Source: Xanthobacteraceae bacterium (GTDB taxonomy: Bacteria > Pseudomonadota > Alphaproteobacteria > Rhizobiales > Xanthobacteraceae). Taken from it: a stretch of DNA of 64,000 bases. The notes below the pieces were generated by a model, which worked only from the letters and a program-made list of their open reading frames with translations, was not told the DNA's origin and ran no database searches. Each line of letters starts with the position of its first letter. Position 1 is the stretch's first letter. The stretch is taken from contig DASXXS010000190.1 of NCBI GenBank assembly GCA_036502925.1, positions 1,251 through 65,250 on the forward strand. Reading direction: 5' to 3'. Of the stretch, positions 57,912-64,000 are shown one piece after another. The position numbers and the translations under genes were made by a program.

Positions 57912-58172
57912 TTACTTCGCGCATTCGCCCGGCGTGATGTTGGTGGCCCGTGCGGCGCGGGCAAAGCAGGTGTTCGAATAGGTGACCCGCATTCCGCTTT
58001 GATTGGTCCCGCAGACCGGCTGATAGACCTCCGTGCAGATCTCGGGCGGTGCGCCCTGCGCCAGGATGATCGCGCGATCGCGGCCCGCGGCGTTGGCCGG
58101 GAGCGCGAGGCCGCACGTCACGATGACGAACGGGATGAGCAACGGGCCGACGAACGAGATGGGGCGCTTCAT
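57912..58172 (-). CDS. Secreted Kazal-type protease-inhibitor-like protein (86 aa)
   Basis: GGAGAG Shine-Dalgarno and a signal peptide. CTEVYQPVCGTNQSGMRVTYSNTCFARAARATNITPGEC fits the Kazal core C-x7-C-G-x-[DN]...TY-x-N-x-C...G-x-C, with 4 of the 6 canonical Cys. Confidence 0.7.
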   Translation of the reverse strand: MKRPISFVGPLLIPFVIVTCGLALPANAAGRDRAIILAQGAPPEICTEVYQPVCGTNQSGMRVTYSNTCFARAARATNITPGECAK

Positions 58173-58373
58173 GGAACTCTCCGGTTGGTGGGCGGCTATC
58201 AGCTACACCGCCGGCCGCACCGCAGCAACCCGTCTCGCCCCGGCATGCCGCCGCGCGTTTGCATTCAGGCTGTTGCAATGCCGGGGCTGTTGCATTGACC
58301 GGGGCGGCGCCTCTCCCTAGAATTGCGGAGAAAATCAGCCCGGGAAGAACGCAGGTCCCGCCGGAGCCCAATC

Positions 58374-59414
58374 ATGCACATTATCGATTCCCATTTCCAT
58401 TGGTGGCCCAGGTCGGTTCTGGAGCAGTTCTGCAAGCGCAAGGACTTTCCCCGCGCCGAGCACAACGCCCGCGGCGGCTACAGCTACCGGCGCGGCGCGG
58501 GCCGTGGCCAGCCAGTCAACAGCTGGGCCGAGTGGTTCGACCTCGACCGGCAGCTGGAGCACATGGACCGGCTCGGCCATCAGGTGGACGTGGTCTGCTC
58601 CATCGGGCCGCTCTCGGTCGCCTTCTCCGATCTCGCGCCCGAGCAGGGACGCGACGTGGCCCTCATGTGGAACGAAGAAATGGCCGGCGCCCAGCGCAAG
58701 CATCCGGGGCGGCTCTGGGCCAGCGCCGCGGTGCCCTTGCTGGACACCCGGATCGCCATCGAGGTGCTGGACCACGCGATCAACAAGCTCGGCCTGATGG
58801 GCGCCAATCTTCCGGGCAGCGTCGGCAGCGACCCGCGCATCGATCACGAGCGGCTGGAGCCGTTCTATGACCGGGTCGAGGAGCTCGGCGTGCCGCTGTT
58901 CCTGCATCCGACCGACGCTGTGTTCGAGGAGTTGCTCGAGGGCTACAACGGCGCGCTGTATCTGAGCCTCGGCCGCGTCATCGAGGTGAGCGCCGCCGCC
59001 TCCCGGCTGATCCTTTCCGGCATCATGGAGCGCCATCCCAAGCTCAAGATCGTCATGTCGCATACCGGCGGGGCGCTGCCCTACCAGTCCGGCCGCATGG
59101 ACAAGAACACCAAGGCCGCGCTGCTGCCGCAGCCCGTGAGCACCTACATCAAGCGCATGTATACCGACACCGTCTCGCCGCACGTTCCGGGCATGAAATT
59201 CGCGATCGAGTATTTCGGCATCGACAACGTCATGTACGGCACCGACTATCCGTGCTGGGATCCGGCGACCGCGCTCGAATTGCTCGATGAGCTCGGATTG
59301 TCGCAAGAGCACCAGGAGAAGCTGTTCTACAGCAACGCCCGGCGCATCCTCGGACTGCGCGATCCGGTTCAAGCCGGGGCGCGACCCGCGACACAGGAAG
59401 CGGCGCTGGCCTGA
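58374..59414 (+). CDS. Amidohydrolase_2 family (ACMSD/LigW-like metal-dependent decarboxylase/hydratase)
   Basis: Start MHIIDSHFHWWP (HxH metal site). VMSHTGGALPY and MYGTDYPCWD. Confidence 0.85.
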   Translation: MHIIDSHFHWWPRSVLEQFCKRKDFPRAEHNARGGYSYRRGAGRGQPVNSWAEWFDLDRQLEHMDRLGHQVDVVCSIGPLSVAFSDLAPEQGRDVALMWNEEMAGAQRKHPGRLWASAAVPLLDTRIAIEVLDHAINKLGLMGANLPGSVGSDPRIDHERLEPFYDRVEELGVPLFLHPTDAVFEELLEGYNGALYLSLGRVIEVSAAASRLILSGIMERHPKLKIVMSHTGGALPYQSGRMDKNTKAALLPQPVSTYIKRMYTDTVSPHVPGMKFAIEYFGIDNVMYGTDYPCWDPATALELLDELGLSQEHQEKLFYSNARRILGLRDPVQAGARPATQEAALA

Positions 59415-59442
59415 AATTCCGCGGCCCGAGTTGGGGTTTGGC

Positions 59443-59934
59443 ATGGTTGAGCTTGCTTCGTGGCTCGCAAGCCTGCCCATTGGGCAGGCGCTGCGCCGGC
59501 TCAACTGGCTCGTGCCCTGGCTCCAGACCATCCATATTCTGGCCAATGGAATAATCCTGTCCGCGGTCGTTATGATCGATATGCGCCTCTGGGGAATCTC
59601 GCGCTCCCAAGCCTCGATCGCCATGGCGCGCCGCTTTCAGCCGTGGATTTGGGCGGGCCTGGTGGTGCTGACCGTGAGCGGGATCGCGCTGATTCTGTAT
59701 GCGCCAAGGCGCGTGCTGACCGATGTCACCTTTCAGGTGAAGATGGTGGTGATGGGGCTTGCCATCGCGGCGACGGTCGCGCTGCTGCTGGCGCTGCGGC
59801 CGGGCCGGGAGGCGTCGCCGGCCCAGCCGGTCGGACACAAGCTTGCCGGCCTGCTCGGGACGCTCAGCCTCGTGCTCTGGGTCGTCGTGACGCTGGCCGG
59901 GCGCGGACGCTGGCTCGCCCTGCTGTTGCGGTGA
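59443..59934 (+). CDS. Four-TM membrane protein (DUF6644-like), copy 1
   Basis: Inside ORF 59287..59934. Start MVELASWLASLPIGQALRRLNWLVPWLQTIHILANGIILS. Paralogous to the next gene. Confidence 0.7.
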   Translation: MVELASWLASLPIGQALRRLNWLVPWLQTIHILANGIILSAVVMIDMRLWGISRSQASIAMARRFQPWIWAGLVVLTVSGIALILYAPRRVLTDVTFQVKMVVMGLAIAATVALLLALRPGREASPAQPVGHKLAGLLGTLSLVLWVVVTLAGRGRWLALLLR

Positions 59935-59949
59935 TGCCCCCAGCCTGGC

Positions 59950-59985
59950 CTTCCCTCGCTTGCGGGGGAGGGAACGGGAGGGGGT
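59950..59985. repeat. REP-like element, type B, copy 2
   Basis: CCTTCCCTCGCTTGCGGGGGAGGGAACGGGAGGGGG between the two paralogous membrane-protein genes. Matches 30661..30697. Confidence 0.7.
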
Positions 59986-60037
59986 GACGCGTTGCGGCTT
60001 GCGGCCGGTTGTCGGCCGCGCCGCGGGGGAAACGAAC

Positions 60038-60529
60038 GTGCTCAAGGAGCTCATGCGCTGGATCGAATCCACCGACGTGGCGATGCTCATCTCGCAATCG
60101 GGCGGCTGGTTCCCGGCGCTCGAGATGATTCATGTCACCGCCACCACCTTCGTGTTCGGGATGATCACCATTGTCGACCTGCGCCTGCTCGGCCTGCTGG
60201 CGCGCCGCTCCGCCGTCAGCGATCTCTACCGCGACGTGATCCCGCTGACCTGGGCGGCCTTCGTGGTCGCGGCGATCAGCGGGGCTCTCCTGTTCATGAG
60301 CCAGGCCGTGGCCTATTCGGCGAACTTCGCTTTCCGGATGAAATTTGCGGTGCTGGCGCTGATCGCCCTCAACATGCTGGCGTTCCGGCTGTTCGTCTAT
60401 CCCGGCATCTCGAAGTGGGATCGCGCCGCCGCGATCCCGCTCCGCGCCCGGCTCGCCGGCGCGATCTCGCTCGCCGGCTGGATCACGGTGGTCGCCTGCG
60501 CCCGCTGGATCGCCTATTTGATGATCTGA
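60038..60529 (+). CDS. Four-TM membrane protein (DUF6644-like), copy 2
   Basis: VLKELMRWIESTDVAMLISQSGGWFPALEMIHVTATTFVFGMITIVDLRLLG. Start GTG 60038 or ATG 60053. Confidence 0.7.
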   Translation: MLKELMRWIESTDVAMLISQSGGWFPALEMIHVTATTFVFGMITIVDLRLLGLLARRSAVSDLYRDVIPLTWAAFVVAAISGALLFMSQAVAYSANFAFRMKFAVLALIALNMLAFRLFVYPGISKWDRAAAIPLRARLAGAISLAGWITVVACARWIAYLMI

Positions 60530-60548
60530 CGGAAATTGTCGATCTTGC

Positions 60549-60851
60549 TTAGACCAATTCAAGCCGGAGCGTACGGCCGACCACTCGTGCCGCACGTTGG
60601 AGCGTCGCGAGAGTCACGTTTCCGTCCTTGGGATCAAGTAGACGGCCAATCTGGCTTCTGCTCGTGTTCATCCGCTCGGCAAGGCGCTTGCGGGAAAGGT
60701 TCTGCGCCTTCATTGCTTCCGTGATCTGCCAAGCCAGGACTTCCTTGATGGCGACCGCTTCAAACTCTTCAAGCTTGCCCTCTTCCTTGAGATAGGAATC
60801 GAGGGTGGTCAGCTTATCGGTGGAGCGAGCGCGTTTTTTTTTCGTCTTCAT
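60549..60851 (-). CDS. XRE-type HTH antitoxin (HigA-like)
   Basis: Start MKTKKKRARSTDKL. NLSRKRLAERMNTSRSQIGRLLDPKDGNVTLATLQRAARVVGRTLRLELV. 10-nt gap to the toxin gene. Confidence 0.8.
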   Translation of the reverse strand: MKTKKKRARSTDKLTTLDSYLKEEGKLEEFEAVAIKEVLAWQITEAMKAQNLSRKRLAERMNTSRSQIGRLLDPKDGNVTLATLQRAARVVGRTLRLELV

Positions 60852-60861
60852 AACGACATCC

Positions 60862-61206
60862 TCACGGCTCGAATTCGCGGTTGCGTTTCCGCGCCAATGC
60901 CAGGTCTTCGTCCGGTGTCTTCTGGGTCTTTTTGATGAACCCATGAAGGATCAGGATTTTGCCCTGCTGGACACTGAACAATATGCGCGCGATCCGATTG
61001 CTCGGAAGGTCGCTTCGCAATTCCCATAAGCCATCGCCCATCGCTCGGCAAAGCGGCATCCCTACTGGCCAGCGGAATTGAACCCGCATGAGGTCCTGTC
61101 CGATGGCGTTGCGATCACGCTCGTCCAGGGTACGAAGCCGATTCCGCACGATTTCAGTGCCAGCCTGCGTGCGGTAGAAGACCGCCGGCGTTTTCCGGTC
61201 AGTCAT
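60862..61206 (-). CDS. RelE/ParE superfamily toxin (Gp49/HigB-like)
   Basis: 114 aa. GDGLWELRSDLPSNRIARILFSVQQGKILILHGFIKKTQKTP is the family-typical core. Confidence 0.8.
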   Translation of the reverse strand: MTDRKTPAVFYRTQAGTEIVRNRLRTLDERDRNAIGQDLMRVQFRWPVGMPLCRAMGDGLWELRSDLPSNRIARILFSVQQGKILILHGFIKKTQKTPDEDLALARKRNREFEP

Positions 61207-61338
61207 GCCGCCCTATATATAATCCATGGATCATATAATGTCCAGCTCTGCGATGTCGGTGCTGCGGATGCTGTAGCGCCCTGATAGTGTTCGAAGAAAT
61301 ACCCCTGATACTCTAATTTAGTCCTGTTGGAGACGCAG

Positions 61339-62088
61339 ATGCGCCTTGCGGCCAAGATTGCGCTCGTGACTGGAGCGGGCTCCGGTTTCGGCGCCGAGAT
61401 CGCGCGCAGCTTTGCGCGCGAGGGCGCCAAGGTGGTGCTGCTTGATATCAACGCCGGCGGCGCGCAGGCGGTCGCGGCTGCGATCGGCGCAGACGCGCTG
61501 GCGATCGCGGGCGACGTGACCAGCGCGCGCGACGTCGCGTCCGCGGTCGAGGCCACGCTCGAGCGCCACGGCCGCCTCGACATCGTGGTCAACAATGCCG
61601 GCTGGACCCACCGCAATCGGCCGCTGCTCGAGGTGAGCGAAGCCGAGTTCGACAAGGTCTACGCCGTCAATGTGAAGTCGATCTACCACATGACCCAGGC
61701 GGTGGTGCCGTCGATGCGCCGTCAGGGCGGCGGCAGCATCATCAATATCGGGTCGACCGCCGGCATCCGTCCGCGTCCCGGCCTGACCTGGTACAACGGC
61801 TCCAAAGGCGCCGTGCATATGCTGTCGCGCTCGATGGCAGCCGAGCTTGCGCCCGACAAGATCCGCGTCAATTGCGTGGCGCCGGTGCTCGGAGAAACCG
61901 GCCTGCTCGAATCCTTCATGGGGCTGCCGGACACGCCGCAGAACCGCGCCAAATTCATCGCCACCATCCCGCTCGGGCGCCTGTCGCGGCCGAGCGACGT
62001 CGCCAATGCCTGCCTCTACCTCGCCTCCGGCGAAGCCGAGTTCATCACCGGCGTCGTGTTGGAGGTGGATGGCGGGCGCGACGTGTGA
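61339..62088 (+). CDS. Short-chain dehydrogenase/reductase (classical SDR)
   Basis: TGAGSGFGAEIA cofactor motif, NNAG, and the catalytic S...YNGSK. GGAG sits 6 nt before ATG 61339. Confidence 0.9.
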   Translation: MRLAAKIALVTGAGSGFGAEIARSFAREGAKVVLLDINAGGAQAVAAAIGADALAIAGDVTSARDVASAVEATLERHGRLDIVVNNAGWTHRNRPLLEVSEAEFDKVYAVNVKSIYHMTQAVVPSMRRQGGGSIINIGSTAGIRPRPGLTWYNGSKGAVHMLSRSMAAELAPDKIRVNCVAPVLGETGLLESFMGLPDTPQNRAKFIATIPLGRLSRPSDVANACLYLASGEAEFITGVVLEVDGGRDV

Positions 62089-62141
62089 GCCCGACGCATT
62101 GACCGCGGCCTATGCGGCAGTTGGAGCGCCTGCCTGGCCAG

Positions 62142-63053
62142 TCAAAAGTCCGGCTGATCCGCTTGCGGAATCGGAACGAGGTTCGAATTGAAGGGATCGA
62201 TATTGTTCTCGGCGCAGATCGATTCGACCCAATCGTTGGGGTCCTTGCGCCAGCGCTTGGTCATATACATGGGTTCGTTGAACGTATCCTCGTCCTCGAT
62301 CTTGACCAGGGCTTCCAGGAATTTCTTGTCGGCGGTGACCTTGAACCGCTCCACCACGCGCAGCTTGTCGCTGTGGGGAGTGCGGAACATGTCGATGTAG
62401 CTGTTCTTGTTCGCGGCCAGTCCGATGGTGTCGATGACCAGCTCGCCGTTCTCATAGCGGCCGATCGACTCGCCGTACCAGGACGGCTTCACATATTCCG
62501 AATGCTGGTCGGTCATGACGATGCGGCGCAGCCATTGGTCGCGCTGCCAGATCATCCACACCTGTTTGGGAGTCTGAATGAAATACAGTGGTTCCGTCGT
62601 CCAGAGCAGTTGACCGGGCACTCCACCCGGCCAGCATTGCGACTGAGCCAGGAACGGAATCCCGACCCTGCCGGACAGCAACTCCTCGTTCGACAGGCGC
62701 ATCCGCTCGGCCGCCCAGGGCTTCAGGATCGGGTCTCTCCAGTTGCCGAGGGCGGGCGTTGGCCTGCGGGTTTCGTTTCCGCGCAGCGGGTGGTCGGGAT
62801 CTTGCTTGATCGGCCCGCGCAAGCCGGCGGGCGGGTCGAACCAGCCGGTGCCGTAGCGTGCGATTCCGCCGTTTATCGTCAGCGGAGTCCAGGCAAGACT
62901 GCTCGACGCCAGGTCGGGGATCTTCCCGGCCGCCTGGGCCAGCGCAGCGCTGCTGGCGCAAGCCGCAAGGGCGGCGCCGGCAAGGATTCTAGCGCACCGC
63001 GGCCTGCGCGTGCGCGGGCTGCAAACGGACTTCAAGTCGAAAAGTGAGAACAT
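62142..63053 (-). CDS. Secreted protein of unknown function (paralog family member 2)
   Basis: Start MFSLFDLKSVCSPRTRRPRCARILAGAALAACASSAALAQA. The core SQCWPGGVPGQLLW...WYGESIGRYENGELVIDTIG...VVERFKV parallels SFCIPQGMPAIMNL...YAGYSIGKWVD...LLEVETRNF...VIKERIYL of 5205..6041. Confidence 0.7.
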   Translation of the reverse strand: MFSLFDLKSVCSPRTRRPRCARILAGAALAACASSAALAQAAGKIPDLASSSLAWTPLTINGGIARYGTGWFDPPAGLRGPIKQDPDHPLRGNETRRPTPALGNWRDPILKPWAAERMRLSNEELLSGRVGIPFLAQSQCWPGGVPGQLLWTTEPLYFIQTPKQVWMIWQRDQWLRRIVMTDQHSEYVKPSWYGESIGRYENGELVIDTIGLAANKNSYIDMFRTPHSDKLRVVERFKVTADKKFLEALVKIEDEDTFNEPMYMTKRWRKDPNDWVESICAENNIDPFNSNLVPIPQADQPDF

Positions 63054-63207
63054 CTGATCCCATCGCATTTCCAGGGCCAAGCGGATAACAATCGTGCCGA
63101 CCGCCTCCCTGAGGCTTGGCTTGGTTGTTGTTGCCGGAAGGTACGCCAGCTTTCCAGTCGCGTCGAGATGCTTGCAGCGCCACGGTCTCGAGATCCCGGC
63201 CAGGAGA

Positions 63208-63606
63208 CTACTGCGCCCCGAGCCGCATGGCGCAGCGCGCGTCGCAACCGATCGCCGGCAGGATGATCTCGCGGAGCGATCTCTGCACGGCGAGCTCGAG
63301 CGTCTGCGCCGGCGCCCGGGTGCATTGCCTGGCGACCTTGGTCACGATGTCGTCATCGCTGACGCAGCCGAGCCCGGCGCAGGCGGCGCGCATCTGGGCC
63401 GGGAAGTCTCTGGAACGATCCTGATAGAAACGCCGAGCGGTATCGACGATCCAGCTCTTGAGCTCGGGATCGAGACGGCCGCTCTGCGCCCGCGCCTCGA
63501 ACGCAGGATCGCAGGAGAACGCCGCGCCGGCTGCGGCCGGCGTCGCAGACGCGAGCGCCGCGGCTCCGGTCACAATCAGCAACGCGGTCCTCAATGTGCG
63601 TCTCAT
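63208..63606 (-). CDS. Small secreted Cys-rich protein, unknown function
   Basis: Start MRRTLRTALLIVTGAAALASATPAAAGA. Six Cys in the mature ~105 aa. Confidence 0.55.
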   Translation of the reverse strand: MRRTLRTALLIVTGAAALASATPAAAGAAFSCDPAFEARAQSGRLDPELKSWIVDTARRFYQDRSRDFPAQMRAACAGLGCVSDDDIVTKVARQCTRAPAQTLELAVQRSLREIILPAIGCDARCAMRLGAQ

Positions 63607-63862
63607 GCGATCACCCGAGCGGATGACTCTCCGAGGGCTGACCGGAGCGACGGCCGCCTGCAGCGAGCCGGCTTGGCGGACCACCCCAACTCAGTTTACT
63701 CGCGAAATTGAAACTGGTGAATTGCGCTTGATTTTGCCGGGCGGCACGCGCAACGACCTTGCAGCGTTGGTCCCACTCTCGCATTGCAACATAATTCCCA
63801 TTGTTCTCGGATTGTATTTTCAATGGGACTGCTGCTCTGCAGCAATCCGAGAGCCGCCTTCG

Positions 63863-64000
63863 TCACTTCTGCCGGTCAAAATACTTGAGCTCCGGCGGCG
63901 CCTGGCCCTTCTTGGAGGGCCACAGGGCGCCGTCCTCGCTGACGTAATAATTTTCCTTGCCGATGCGGACGTGATGGTTGCCTTCCGGGCAGTTGTAATC
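63863..64000 (-). CDS. C-terminal 45 codons of a third member of the secreted paralog family (N-terminus lies beyond the window end)
   Basis: My reverse translation gives DYNCPEGNHHVRIGKENYYVSEDGALWPSKKGQAPPELKYFDRQK-stop. It aligns with the C-terminus of 5205..6041. Confidence 0.75.
   Translation of the reverse strand, partial: DYNCPEGNHHVRIGKENYYVSEDGALWPSKKGQAPPELKYFDRQK

Overview
This is a high-GC chromosomal segment, roughly mid-60s % by eye (not computed). Gene content, many orphan Bug/TctC-type binding proteins and several REP-like palindrome families suggest a Bradyrhizobium-like alphaproteobacterium (Hyphomicrobiales); that assignment is inference. I call about 60 protein genes. I recognised no rRNA, tRNA, CRISPR array, transposase or integrase by eye. 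The ORF track includes stop codons and renders GTG/TTG starts as M; many long ORFs in it are antisense or off-frame shadows of real genes. Main blocks: (1) An RND efflux pair, cut by the left window edge. (2) Small stress and acetyltransferase genes. (3) A translationally coupled pentose-phosphate/gluconate operon: tkt, fused tal-pgi, zwf, two tandem Cof-type HAD phosphatases, pgl, gntK. (4) A membrane protein plus winged-helix regulator pair with a near-consensus promoter and operator. (5) A cis-prenyltransferase paralog coupled to a Tat-exported flavoprotein. (6) An organic-acid type cluster: a TPP enzyme, a Mo-cofactor oxidoreductase, Bug binding proteins, and an acyl-CoA dehydrogenase / ADP-forming acyl-CoA synthetase / MmgE-PrpD operon whose first gene carries an in-frame TAG. 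(7) Two type II toxin-antitoxin pairs. (8) A short-Q-loop cytochrome bd oxidase. (9) A desaturase, small ORFs and rpoD. (10) Periplasmic beta-propeller proteins, one with a c-type haem motif. (11) An accessory-looking right-hand third. This contains a divergent module (secreted DUF6569-like protein, oversized ECF-like sigma, overlapping membrane protein, Kazal-like inhibitor), an amidohydrolase with two paralogous 4-TM proteins, and three members of an uncharacterised secreted protein family. The sigma/DUF6569/Kazal module is my best candidate for an undescribed system. All family names are recalled from memory and need profile searches.
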